Shown: positions 48,922 through 58,625 of the stretch, piece after piece
How the letters are laid out: each line of letters starts with the position of its first letter
Position numbering within the stretch: position 1 is the stretch's first letter
Assembly (NCBI GenBank): GCA_947168565.1
Contig: CAMVMM010000004.1
Span: 75,857-139,856, forward strand
Reading direction: 5' to 3'
DNA: 64,000 nt
Source of the DNA: an uncultured Clostridia bacterium
GTDB lineage: Bacteria > Bacillota > Clostridia > Christensenellales > CAG-138
Program-made: the position numbers and the translations under genes
The notes under the pieces: model-generated
Seen by the model: the letters and a program-made list of their open reading frames with translations, nothing else
Databases searched by the model: none
What the model was told of the DNA's origin: nothing

Positions 48922-49641
48922 TCAAGCTTGCTTCTTTGCCGTCAGCCTTTCATAGAGCCGCTCAACAGGAGCAAACATCCTGCCCCAATGGAATTGTTTG
49001 GCAAGGAAGTACGCGGCGGCGGCAAGCGCTATGCCCGTTGGGATATCGAGGAAAAAGTGCTGCTTAACGAACACGGTCGAGGCGAAGATGAGCAGCGTGG
49101 TGATAAATGAATACACCCTGAACCACAGGGGCAGCTCCCTGCGCCCCGCAACGCCAAGATAGCAGAGCGTGCTGTTCAGGCAGTGGAAGCTCGGCAGCAG
49201 GTTGTACGCTGTTTCGGAGCCGTCCAGCGAATACCAGAATTCGCGCAGCTTATCGAAAACAGTCGGGTTCTCAACGGTTTTATAAAGCCCCTCTTCGACT
49301 CTGTTCATATAGGTCGGGAAAAGCGCGAGCGCCACAACGCCCGCAAGGCAGGCAACGAGGCAGGCCGCCATAAAATCCGCAAAATGATTCTTTTCGCATT
49401 TGGAAACAGCCATCGGCCCCATCGCCCAATATGCGTAGGACCAAATGTACGGAATAATGAATACGGAAAGCAGCGGTATCTTATCGTCCAAAGGTATCTT
49501 GGGCGAAAATGGCGTAAAGCCGATCAAAAGCGCAAGCTCATGCCCCGCAAGATAAAAGGCGTGCTGAAGGATCAAATACGCTATTCCGAGTATGATCGCC
49601 CAAAGCTTGAGCGGGCGCGCGTTGCGTGCTGTTTTATCCAT
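48922..49641 (-). CDS. PAP2/AUR1-like membrane phosphoesterase
   Basis: Multiple TMs, NLLPSFHC, STVFVKQHFFLD. Confidence 0.85.
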   Translation of the reverse strand: MDKTARNARPLKLWAIILGIAYLILQHAFYLAGHELALLIGFTPFSPKIPLDDKIPLLSVFIIPYIWSYAYWAMGPMAVSKCEKNHFADFMAACLVACLAGVVALALFPTYMNRVEEGLYKTVENPTVFDKLREFWYSLDGSETAYNLLPSFHCLNSTLCYLGVAGRRELPLWFRVYSFITTLLIFASTVFVKQHFFLDIPTGIALAAAAYFLAKQFHWGRMFAPVERLYERLTAKKQA

Positions 49642-49689
49642 GCTGTTCCCTCCTTCTGTTTCGCCGATTTCTACGGCGCGTTATTTATA

Positions 49690-49718
49690 ATTATACTAAA
49701 AATCGCGGCGATGGTCAA
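49690..49718 (-). promoter_or_regulatory. internal sigma-A promoter within the array
   Basis: Minus strand TTGACC-17bp-TATAAT; the -35 overlaps the upstream TGA stop. Confidence 0.7.
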
Positions 49719-50500
49719 AACTGTTTTTCAGCTTCCGCGATATGCTGCCTTATCGCGGCTTCGTTTTCGGAGCAATACCGATACGAAAGCTCCATATAGT
49801 CGGTAATGCGATTGCCGCGGTGCATTTTCATCAGCGTATCGAGTATGGGCTCGCCATTGATGACCATATTCTGAAAATACGGGTAAACGCAGCCGCCGTT
49901 TTCGCGCGGATAATAGGGATTTATCGAGGAAAGCCTTTCATCGCTCATTATACTTTCAACCACCATTTCGCTCAATATCCACTTTAAAGAAGGCGTTTCG
50001 TATTCGGAATAGTCATCGCCGAAATGCGCGTTCCAAACATGGAACCAAAGATAGTGGATGATCTCATGCAGGCTCAGCCCAAGAGCGCCGCGCTCGCTGT
50101 TTTTATAAAAAATATCGAAATACCGCTCCTGCAAAAACCGCGGACATATCGGATTAAGGCTTATATTGCCGACCAAATCATTGAAAACTGTGCCTGTGTC
50201 GATAGAAAAAGCCTCCGAAAGCGCATCCTCTATCTGACTATGGTATTTCATAAAATGTGCGTTGTAGGCTTCGACCTTGCGCTCAAGCTCATAGCCGATC
50301 CCGTCCCAAGCAACCTTCAATTCGCGGGTGAGATATTCCCTTTTTTCATCGGAAGAAAGCCCGATCAGCCGCTCCCTGCTTATCTGCGGGTAGAAGTGAA
50401 TAAGCGCATCCGACCAAAACGGCGCGGTGCCGTCCTCCTGAAATAGAAGTATGCTGTTTATCGAGTGTTCAAAACCCGGGTTTTTATATGTAACCAGCAT
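49715..50500 (-). CDS. hypothetical protein with zincin-like HExxH motif
   Basis: LHEIIHYLWF...LSEMVVE; GGAGG RBS. Confidence 0.65.
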   Translation of the reverse strand: MLVTYKNPGFEHSINSILLFQEDGTAPFWSDALIHFYPQISRERLIGLSSDEKREYLTRELKVAWDGIGYELERKVEAYNAHFMKYHSQIEDALSEAFSIDTGTVFNDLVGNISLNPICPRFLQERYFDIFYKNSERGALGLSLHEIIHYLWFHVWNAHFGDDYSEYETPSLKWILSEMVVESIMSDERLSSINPYYPRENGGCVYPYFQNMVINGEPILDTLMKMHRGNRITDYMELSYRYCSENEAAIRQHIAEAEKQF

Positions 50501-50525
50501 AGCGCTCCTCCCCGGCAGCCGCCCA

Positions 50526-51191
50526 TCATATCAGACCGAAATGCCTTGCGAGCTTTTCCAGGACCTCCTCACGGGTATCCCGCCCGTCGTCCTGCCGAAC
50601 GAGCGTGAAAAAGCCGCTGTTTGCGCATTCGTCGTAGTGCTTTTGGCTGTTTATAAGCTCGAGCCCGCGCCGATAGTTCGCCATGGCGGCCTCGGGATCG
50701 TCGCAGCTCTCGATAACTTCGAGCAGAAAGCGTTTATCGGGGTCTTCGCGGTCGAAAAAGCGATCAACGCTCAAAGACTGCGGCGAAAGCATAACTGCAA
50801 CGCGGTTGTAATCGGATATTTCTTTAAGGATATCGAGAGGGATATTCGTATCGACTATCACTTTTCTTTCCTGCGATATCGCGATAAGCTCCGCAACCTC
50901 GAATTCCGCCGCCTCGCGCCCGACCGCAAATATCCACCTCTCGTACTCCTCGGGCGAGCGAAGCACGAACTGCCGCCAGTCGGTCAGCTCGTTTATAAAG
51001 CTGATATCGGGCTGCGCTTCGCGCGTTGCAACGACGTCCGACACCCTGCTGTGGTAGTTTTCGCCGCAGAGGATAAGCCCGTACCGCTCGGAAAGCAGCT
51101 TTGCCGCAGTGGATTTGCCAGCGTACGCCGTGCCGGTGATAAAATAAACGTTTTTAAGATAATGCTTCAGTATGTTGTTTTCTATCTTCAA
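50526..51191 (-). CDS. P-loop kinase-like protein
   Basis: YFITGTAYAGKSTAAKLL. Confidence 0.75.
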   Translation of the reverse strand: MKIENNILKHYLKNVYFITGTAYAGKSTAAKLLSERYGLILCGENYHSRVSDVVATREAQPDISFINELTDWRQFVLRSPEEYERWIFAVGREAAEFEVAELIAISQERKVIVDTNIPLDILKEISDYNRVAVMLSPQSLSVDRFFDREDPDKRFLLEVIESCDDPEAAMANYRRGLELINSQKHYDECANSGFFTLVRQDDGRDTREEVLEKLARHFGLI

Positions 51192-51221
51192 TGCCTGTGC
51201 TTCCTTTCCGTAAAGCCGCCG

Positions 51222-51728
51222 CTAAAGGATTATTTCATCCCTGCTCTTGCGGCTCAAATGCCCATGTCGGGGCTTTGCGGTATCCGCCTTGTATCCGGCT
51301 ATAAGCAACGCCACGGGTTCAAGCTGCTCGTCCAAACAAAAGACTTCCTTCATCTTATCGGGATCCCAATACATGACCCATATCGAACCCAAACCGAGCG
51401 CGGCAGCTTCAAGCATCATGTGAGTTGTCGCGATGCTTGCATCGATATCCCCGCTGGGCTTGCCGTCCATCGGGCGAACCCAACAGCTTTCCATGTCATA
51501 ACACACCAAAAACGCAACGGGAACATAGTATTTGCTCGGAACCACCTCGTTGAGCTTGGCACGAAGCTCGTCGCTGTCGATTACAAGTATCCGCTGCGGC
51601 TGGTTGTTGCACGCAGTTGGAGCCGCGATCGCCGCCTCGATTATAGCGTCTATCTTTTCGCTCTCAACGGGTCTATGCTCGTATTCAAGCACCGAAAACC
51701 TGCTGCGCGCCAATTCAAGAAAACTCAT
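51222..51728 (-). CDS. nitroreductase family protein
   Basis: RFSV, APTACNNQP, MMLEAAALGLGSIWV. Confidence 0.93.
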   Translation of the reverse strand: MSFLELARSRFSVLEYEHRPVESEKIDAIIEAAIAAPTACNNQPQRILVIDSDELRAKLNEVVPSKYYVPVAFLVCYDMESCWVRPMDGKPSGDIDASIATTHMMLEAAALGLGSIWVMYWDPDKMKEVFCLDEQLEPVALLIAGYKADTAKPRHGHLSRKSRDEIIL

Positions 51729-51776
51729 TTTAAAACCTCCGTAAACTCTGCCATATAATGCTCCGTTTGGCGAAGC

Positions 51777-52826
51777 TCAGCCCATATAGCTTCTGAAATC
51801 AATATCAGCGGTAAGATAATGCTCTATCCGATCAAGACAATGCTTTATCTCGGCAGCATCATTTCCCGCCTGCTTGAGATCACACACCCGATTATACCAA
51901 AGCGGCTTGATGCAGCGATAGAGGGGGAGCGCCGCCGCCTTCTCATCCTCGGAAAAAGCATAGTGCTCCTTGGCGATGGTCAACGCTTTGCGGATAAGAT
52001 CAAGCTCCTCCTCAAAATCGGCGTAGTTCTCACGCATAAGATAGTTCAGAAAAACGTCCCGACCGCAGAGATTGAAGTCGTAAACGCCGCGAAAAGCGCC
52101 GCTTTCATCTATGAGCAGATTGGTCGGGTTGAGATCGGCCTGAAAAACCGAGGTCGGAAGACGGAAATAGCGCTCCTTCAGCGCCTCTCTGTTGGCGCTC
52201 CAAGCATCCCATATCCTTTGAACCTGCTCCAAAAACTCCGCGGGAAGCGAAAAAGCATACTCCTTCCATTCGAGCGCGTTTTCCATGACCTCGTCGGTCT
52301 TATCGCTCGGGCAAAAGGTATCAAAAAGGCAGTAGCCCGAAGGATATTCCGCATGATCGAGCTTCTTTGCCGCAAGCTTTGCGCTCATGCTCCAAATATC
52401 CTTGAAATAGGCTTTCGCGCTCGCGGCCTGATCGCTTCCGTCAGCCGCGCGATCCGACAGGGGCTTGAATATCGAAAACTCCTCGGCGTAAACGATGCAG
52501 CGCTTCCCGCGATACTCGATAACGGGGAAGCCGCCGCTTTTATCGCAGAAGATGCGCGGGCAGTAATACCCGAGATCGCGGTATTCTTCGGCCGTCCGCT
52601 GCCACATTCGTATCCTTTCGGGGAAGGTGAAATCGTTTGAAACTATCTTCAAAACGAATCTTTCGCCGTCATCGGTCGTTATTATAAGCGTGTTTCTAAA
52701 GTCGTCCTCGCACCTGCTCGTGTCTATAAGCTCGGCGGAAATCGGCTTGCCATCGAAGAAACAGGAGAAAAGCTCCTTAATTGCGGGCTCTATGTGCGTA
52801 CTTTTCGTGTTGTTCATTTTGTTCAT
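51777..52826 (-). CDS. APH/choline-kinase-like phosphotransferase
   Basis: FVLKI, Brenner-like QADLNPTNLL, YDFN; ATGA overlap with the upstream NUDIX. Confidence 0.75.
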   Translation of the reverse strand: MNKMNNTKSTHIEPAIKELFSCFFDGKPISAELIDTSRCEDDFRNTLIITTDDGERFVLKIVSNDFTFPERIRMWQRTAEEYRDLGYYCPRIFCDKSGGFPVIEYRGKRCIVYAEEFSIFKPLSDRAADGSDQAASAKAYFKDIWSMSAKLAAKKLDHAEYPSGYCLFDTFCPSDKTDEVMENALEWKEYAFSLPAEFLEQVQRIWDAWSANREALKERYFRLPTSVFQADLNPTNLLIDESGAFRGVYDFNLCGRDVFLNYLMRENYADFEEELDLIRKALTIAKEHYAFSEDEKAAALPLYRCIKPLWYNRVCDLKQAGNDAAEIKHCLDRIEHYLTADIDFRSYMG

Positions 52827-53293
52827 CCGACTTGCCTTCTCTGATTTACCGTTTTTGCGATAGCCAAATCGCATTCGTCAACATAACCGATATCTTCCTT
52901 TAGATCCCACAAACGGAGCCGTGTCATTTCATCGCCCTCGGAGTGAATGAATGGCTGCAGCTCCGGCAGTTCGCCGGTAAAAACTGCCTGATACTTGATA
53001 ATTCCTTTGGGATCCATAACCTTGAACAAGCCTGCGAAATTCAGCTCCCGTTGGATCTGATAAGTCTCTTCAAACAGTTCCCGAACAGCCGCTTCGCGGG
53101 CAGTTTCTCCTTCCTCAATACCCCCTGCGGGGAATTCCCATTGCTGCCTCATAGGATTAAAGCCGACAAGGAACTTATCACCGACATTTATTATGGCAAA
53201 TGCGCCGGTGACGTTTTCATAGTCGCCTATTCTTTCCTCACCTATATTCAGGTATTCCAGCAGCTTCCACCCGCTTTTGTTCTGTGCTAACAT
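52823..53293 (-). CDS. NUDIX hydrolase
   Basis: Nudix box AGGIEEGETAREAAVRELFEET. Confidence 0.92.
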   Translation of the reverse strand: MLAQNKSGWKLLEYLNIGEERIGDYENVTGAFAIINVGDKFLVGFNPMRQQWEFPAGGIEEGETAREAAVRELFEETYQIQRELNFAGLFKVMDPKGIIKYQAVFTGELPELQPFIHSEGDEMTRLRLWDLKEDIGYVDECDLAIAKTVNQRRQVG

Positions 53294-53336
53294 TTAGTGG
53301 TTTCCTTTCTGCGGCGCCGATCCCGTCAAGCAGGCT

Positions 53337-53829
53337 CTATGGCGTTTCTGTTAAAACACAAGGCGAATACCGCAAATCGAGGCATAGCCCCCCTTGAACG
53401 AGCAAAGCCCCAAAAACCGCGTTGCCTGCGGCGATATTCTCATAGAAGAATCTTGCGGTGGGGGGAAGCGGCAAGCGCGTTATTGCAGCCCGCGCTCTAC
53501 CTAACCACCGACGAATGCCGATAGATATAGAATTCCTCCTGGCTCGGCATCCATTTCTTTTCCTTGGGCGGGAAGGTCGCATCGAAAGCTTCGACGGCGG
53601 AAGTATCCTCGCAGCAATCGGCGGCGGTGCTTGGGATATACATCCGTTTTCTGCCGTTGAGCGCGCCCTCTTTAAGCTCGGGGTACTTGGTATGCTTGCC
53701 GTCATTATTATGTCCCTCATCGGGAACGAGGTACCAATTGACCCCGATGCTCAAACCCGAAGCACGCAGAGCCCGCAAGAGCCCGAGCTTCCCGAAATCG
53801 CCTATATCGCCTGTGTATCTGTTCTGCAT
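53337..53829 (-). pseudogene. truncated/decayed gene(s)
   Basis: Good start (GAGGTG RBS, MQNRYTGDIGDFGKLGLLRAL...GVNWYL) that degenerates after about 55 codons into unrecognisable sequence with early stops. Confidence 0.55.
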
Positions 53830-53830
53830 A

Positions 53831-54091
53831 TTATCCACCTCGGTCTGAATTGTTTAAGCTTGCGAATACATCGTAGAATTGCTGTTCGGTATACAATGCT
53901 TTGGCAGAAGCTGCGCCGGCGGCACATACTGTATTTCCGATCACGCCAACCGTCTTTTTGCTAAAATCAACGGAAAGCGGATACTTTGAACCGAAAACGG
54001 TTTCCTTATCTTTTTCAAAAGAAAATCCGTTTGCTTCAAGAAACGCAATGAGCTTTTTTCTTTCAGCTACAGTACTTGGATAAACGAACAT
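53831..54091 (-). CDS. small hypothetical protein
   Basis: GGAGGAG RBS, 86-aa ORF MFVYPSTVAERKKL..., lower GC. Confidence 0.65.
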   Translation of the reverse strand: MFVYPSTVAERKKLIAFLEANGFSFEKDKETVFGSKYPLSVDFSKKTVGVIGNTVCAAGAASAKALYTEQQFYDVFASLNNSDRGG

Positions 54092-54096
54092 AATAC

Positions 54097-54525
54097 TTAC
54101 TCCTCCGGCGCGTGGATGCTGAAGCTGAACTCGCCGTTCATGCATTCGCCGTCCGTTTCAACGATGATATGGATAGTGCCGTTATCGACGTATCCGCCGC
54201 GCGAATCGAGCTCCTCGCCGCCCTTTACGGAAAAAAGCTCCTGCTTGCCTGAGTAATCATAATAGACCGTTGCACTTCCGCTTTCAAGCTTGGCGGAATA
54301 TTTGATATCGCTCTCGCGGGTGGTATGAAACTTAAAAACCATCCTTCCATCAAAGGTATAGAAGCTCATATATGCGGATTCGGTATCGTTTGAATGAACG
54401 AAGCCGACCGCCTTGTATTTTGAATTGTAGCCTCCGCAGCCGAAAGAGCAGAGCAACATGGCGAGCGCGAGCATAAGCGCGGCCGCCGATCTGACCAAAG
54501 ACTTCGATTTAGCCCTGTTATCCAT
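54097..54525 (-). CDS. hypothetical lipoprotein
   Basis: Signal peptide ending in SFGC, beta-rich mature part. Confidence 0.75.
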   Translation of the reverse strand: MDNRAKSKSLVRSAAALMLALAMLLCSFGCGGYNSKYKAVGFVHSNDTESAYMSFYTFDGRMVFKFHTTRESDIKYSAKLESGSATVYYDYSGKQELFSVKGGEELDSRGGYVDNGTIHIIVETDGECMNGEFSFSIHAPEE

Positions 54526-54624
54526 ATTTTATCTACTTTTCTTCCGACCGTTCGCCGCTTCAAGAAAACGGCGGAGCAAATCGTTTCCCATCAGTTGAGC
54601 ATGAATGCGCTCGGGAAAGCCGCA

Positions 54625-55761
54625 TCACATAAAGTTCAGCAGCACTTCATTCTGAAAATCAAGCCCGCGCCTTGTAAGCTTCATTCGCTCCTCGGTCACT
54701 TCCATCATGCCGTCAAGCGTGGCGGCGCTGACTGCTGCGGCGTACTGCTCCACGGGGTCTATGCCGAAGCGCGCTTCAAACTCCGCGCGGCTCACGCCCT
54801 CAAGCTTTCGAAGCCCCATCATAACGCATTCAAACATCTCGTCCTCGCGCTCCACCTCCTGCGTTTCCGCAAGCGGCAGCTTGCCCTCGCCAAGCGCTTT
54901 AACGTATTCCTCGATCGTTTCATGGTTGCGAAAGCGCACCCACTTATCGCGGATATGCAGCGCCGAATGCGCGGCGGCGCCAAGTCCGAGGTAATCGCCG
55001 TTGTTCCAATAGTTTATATTGTGCCTGCACTCAAAGCCCGACTTTGCGAAATTGCTGATCTCATAGCGGTGATAGCCGAGGCTTTCGAGAAGCTCGATGC
55101 CCGCGTCCTGCATATCTGCGGTTTCGTCCTCATCGGGAAGGATCGCTTTCCCTGACGAAACGGCTTCATAAAGCGGCGTATGCTCCTCAAGAATAAGCGA
55201 ATAAGAGGAAATATGCGCTGCGCCAAGGCTCGCGGCAAGACGAAGCGAGTCAAGATACGATTCACAGGTTTGCTTCTGGATTCCGTGCATAATATCGATA
55301 TTTATATTGGTAAAGCCTGCTTTTTTGGCAAGCTCGAATGCGGAAAGAAACCCTTCTCGGTCGTGAAGCCTGCCGATGGCGGCAAGCACGGCGTTATCCG
55401 CGCTCTGCATACCTATCGAAAGGCGGTTCACTCCGGCGGAAAGGTATTCGGAGAGCTTCGCTTCACTCACGGATTCGGGGTTGCATTCAATGGTGATCTC
55501 AGCTCCATCGGAAATGGAAAAGCACTCCCGCGCCTCGCCGAGTATGCGCTTTACGAGCCACGCCGGAAGCAGCGAGGGCGTGCCTCCGCCGATGAACACC
55601 GTTTCAAAGCGCTTTTCCTTCAAAAGCGGGGCATAGAGCCGCATCTCGGTGATGAGCGCGGCGGTGTACGGCAAAAAATCCTCCCTGCCCGCGAAGCTGA
55701 TAAAATCACAGTATGCACATTTTCTTTTGCAAAAGGGTATGTGGATATAGAGTCCCGCCAT
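54625..55761 (-). CDS. hemW: radical SAM heme chaperone HemW (HemN-like)
   Basis: LYIHIPFCKRKCAYCDF, GGGTPS, YEISNFA, HN..YW; follows lepA with TGATG overlap. Confidence 0.95.
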   Translation of the reverse strand: MAGLYIHIPFCKRKCAYCDFISFAGREDFLPYTAALITEMRLYAPLLKEKRFETVFIGGGTPSLLPAWLVKRILGEARECFSISDGAEITIECNPESVSEAKLSEYLSAGVNRLSIGMQSADNAVLAAIGRLHDREGFLSAFELAKKAGFTNINIDIMHGIQKQTCESYLDSLRLAASLGAAHISSYSLILEEHTPLYEAVSSGKAILPDEDETADMQDAGIELLESLGYHRYEISNFAKSGFECRHNINYWNNGDYLGLGAAAHSALHIRDKWVRFRNHETIEEYVKALGEGKLPLAETQEVEREDEMFECVMMGLRKLEGVSRAEFEARFGIDPVEQYAAAVSAATLDGMMEVTEERMKLTRRGLDFQNEVLLNFM

Positions 55762-57563
55762 CAGTTGATCCTTAAAACGCTCATGAACGCCTCGCTCGGA
55801 AGCTCCACGGAGCCGATCTGCCTCATGCGCTTTTTGCCTTCCTTCTGCTTTTCAAGCAGCTTTTTCTTTCTTGTTATGTCGCCGCCGTAGCATTTCGCCA
55901 AAACGTCCTTCCTTAAAGCACGCACGGTCTCCCTTGCGATTATCTTGCCGCCGATCGCCGCCTGAATGGGTATTTCAAACTGCTGGCGCGGAATGACTTC
56001 CTGCAGCTTTTCCGCAACGGCTCTGCCCTTTGCATACGCCTTATCCCTGTGAACTATGGTTGAAAGCGCGTCGCACATATCGCCGTTCAAAAGGAAATCC
56101 AGCTTCACAAGATCGCTCTGCACGTAGTCGCTTATCTCATAGTCAAACGAAGCGTAGCCCCTTGAGCGGCTCTTTAAGCTGTCGAAAAAGTCGAAAATAA
56201 TCTCGTTCAGCGGTATCTGATAGGTCAGCTTTACGCGGCTCTGCTCAAGATACACCATATCCTGAAATATGCCGCGCTTCTCCTGGCAAAGCTCCATTAT
56301 GGTGCCAACGTATTCCGGCGGCGTCATGATGTGGCTCAGGCACATAGGCTCCTCCATGCGCTCTATCTCGGTGGGAGAGGGCAGGTTCGCGGGGTTGTCT
56401 ATCATCACCACGGAGCCGTCCGTGAGGATAACGCGGTAGATAACGCTGGGCGCCGTGGTCACAAGATCAAGGTCGAATTCCCTCTCAAGCCTCTCCTGCG
56501 CTATCTCCATGTGCAGCAGCCCCAAAAAGCCGCAGCGGAAGCCGTAGCCAAGCGCCTGGCTCGTTTCGGGCTCGTAGCTTATGGAAGCGTCGTTTAATAT
56601 AAGCTTTTCAAGCGCGTCACGAAGGTTTTCGTATTCCGCGCCGTCCGCGGGGTAGATGCCGCAGAACACCATCGGGCTCGCCTGCTTGTAGCCGTGCAGG
56701 GGCTCGCCTGCAGGGTTCTCCGCAAGGGTTATCGTGTCGCCCACCTTGGTTTCGGCAACCGATTTGATGGAGGCGGAGATATAGCCCACCTCGCCGGCGG
56801 AAAGCTCCTTCACGGGCTTCAGGCTGGGGGAGAAAACGCCCACCTCGGTAACGTCGAATTCATTCCCCGTGTGCATAAAGCGAATGCGGTCGCCCGGGCG
56901 CACCGAGCCGTCCATTATGCGAACATAGCTCAAGGCGCCCTTGTAATTATCGTAGTAGCTGTCGAATATAAGGGCGCGAAGCGGCGCGTCCGTTTCGCCC
57001 TTGGGGGCGGGGAAGTCGGAAACTATCCGCTCAAGCACCTGCTCCACGTTGAGCCCCGTTTTTGCGGAAACCTGCGGCGCGTCCTCGGCGGGCAGGCCGA
57101 TTATATCCTCGATCTCGCGTATCGCGTTCTCGGGATCCGCGCTCGGCAGGTCTATTTTGTTTATAACGGGCAGTATCTCAAGCCCGTTGTCCACAGCAAG
57201 GTAAACGTTTGCAAGCGTCTGCGCCTCTATGCCCTGCGTTGCGTCCACTATGAGCACAGCGCCGTCGCACGCGGCAAGCGCCCTTGAAACCTCATAGGTA
57301 AAGTCCACGTGACCGGGCGTGTCGATAAGGTTCAGCATATAGGTTTTGCCGTCCGTATGCTTATAAAACATCTGAACGGCGGTGGATTTTATGGTTATTC
57401 CGCGCTCGCGCTCTATATCCATGGAGTCAAGAAGCTGATCCGCCATGTCGCGGCTTGAAACGGTTTCGGTGCGCTCCATAAGCCTGTCCGCAAGGGTGGA
57501 TTTGCCGTGATCTATATGCGCGATTATGCAGAAATTTCTGATTAGCTCTCTGGGGTATGCCAT
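55761..57563 (-). CDS. lepA: elongation factor 4
   Basis: [55 protein letters not shown]. Confidence 0.98.
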   Translation of the reverse strand: MAYPRELIRNFCIIAHIDHGKSTLADRLMERTETVSSRDMADQLLDSMDIERERGITIKSTAVQMFYKHTDGKTYMLNLIDTPGHVDFTYEVSRALAACDGAVLIVDATQGIEAQTLANVYLAVDNGLEILPVINKIDLPSADPENAIREIEDIIGLPAEDAPQVSAKTGLNVEQVLERIVSDFPAPKGETDAPLRALIFDSYYDNYKGALSYVRIMDGSVRPGDRIRFMHTGNEFDVTEVGVFSPSLKPVKELSAGEVGYISASIKSVAETKVGDTITLAENPAGEPLHGYKQASPMVFCGIYPADGAEYENLRDALEKLILNDASISYEPETSQALGYGFRCGFLGLLHMEIAQERLEREFDLDLVTTAPSVIYRVILTDGSVVMIDNPANLPSPTEIERMEEPMCLSHIMTPPEYVGTIMELCQEKRGIFQDMVYLEQSRVKLTYQIPLNEIIFDFFDSLKSRSRGYASFDYEISDYVQSDLVKLDFLLNGDMCDALSTIVHRDKAYAKGRAVAEKLQEVIPRQQFEIPIQAAIGGKIIARETVRALRKDVLAKCYGGDITRKKKLLEKQKEGKKRMRQIGSVELPSEAFMSVLRIN

Positions 57564-57616
57564 TTAACCTCCATGCGCGGCAAATATTGTGCCTCCGCGC
57601 GTAATTTTCAAACGTA

Positions 57617-57645
57617 ATTATACCTTATCCGGCGTGCCTTTGCAA
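57617..57645 (-). promoter_or_regulatory. sigma-A promoter of lepA
   Basis: Minus strand TTGCAA-17bp-TATAAT. Confidence 0.7.
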
Positions 57646-57653
57646 TATGCTTT

Positions 57654-58538
57654 TCATTTCTTAAGCTTTGAAACGGCGTATCGAACCGCGTCCCGCACCG
57701 CCTCAAACGGGGAGCCCTCCTGCTGCGTTATCAAATCCTCATACAGGCCGTCCCGCGCGGCAAAGGCGATCGCCTCGGCGGTGAGCTTGCCGTTCGAGGT
57801 CATGTTTTTGCCAACGAGCGCACGCGCGGCGGCGGCGTCGCCCCGGATAAGTCTTTCCGTGTCAAAAGCCTCGCGCACCTCGGGTGAGGGCTTCTCCGCT
57901 TCAAGAGCCGCGTTCATCGGGCAGCAGCGCTGGCACACCTCGCAGCCGATATAGGTGCTTTGGCGATCACGAATATGATCGGGATGCGCGGCGGTTTCCA
58001 TAAAGGCGCGGTGACAGAGCGAAAAATCAACTCCGCTCTCGCTTATCGCCTTGGCGGGGCAGGCGGAAATGCAGCTTTTGCAGGCGGCGCAGAGAGGTCT
58101 GACGGGAATATCATAGTCAAGCGGCGCAAGCCGGGATACCGCTATGCTCAGCAGCACCATGCGCGTGCCGAAGGGCGGTATGGAAATAAAGCCCGTGCGG
58201 AGCGCCGCGCCGATATTCGCCCGCAAAAGCGCAGGGCGAATGGGTATCTCCGCCTTTTCCGCGCGGATGCCGAGCGCGTTCAGCTCCTTTATGAACGCCT
58301 TCATGCCGTGATACGCCTTGTTTGACGCAAGATAATACGGCGGGATCCGCTCGCCCTCCTCAAATGGCGCATAGGGGTGGATAAGCGCGGCAACGCTTGA
58401 AGCAAAGGGAAATTCCGCCCGCACGTCCGTCACAAGATGATGCGGATTATCGGAGAGCTCGAATTTTTCGGGCGCAAGAAAAAAGACTCGCTTAAAGCCG
58501 TGCTCAAGCGCAAGCGCGCAAAATTCCTCATGCGTCAT
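57654..58538 (-). CDS. epoxyqueuosine reductase QueG-like 4Fe-4S protein
   Basis: CAACKSCISACPAKAI, C, GCEVCQRCCPMN, HEAT-like C-terminus. Confidence 0.75.
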   Translation of the reverse strand: MTHEEFCALALEHGFKRVFFLAPEKFELSDNPHHLVTDVRAEFPFASSVAALIHPYAPFEEGERIPPYYLASNKAYHGMKAFIKELNALGIRAEKAEIPIRPALLRANIGAALRTGFISIPPFGTRMVLLSIAVSRLAPLDYDIPVRPLCAACKSCISACPAKAISESGVDFSLCHRAFMETAAHPDHIRDRQSTYIGCEVCQRCCPMNAALEAEKPSPEVREAFDTERLIRGDAAAARALVGKNMTSNGKLTAEAIAFAARDGLYEDLITQQEGSPFEAVRDAVRYAVSKLKK

Positions 58539-58625
58539 ACTTATCCCGCCCCAAAAAGGTTTTTATCTTAAAACACGGCGGAGGAAAGCCTCCGCCGATA
58601 AATTGAAAAAGTCGGAACCGGCGCC

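Noticed and set aside
46977-54624. Classical integron with attC sites
   Set aside because: No IntI, and the junctions lack RYYYAAC...GTTRRRY palindromes; many have almost no intergenic DNA
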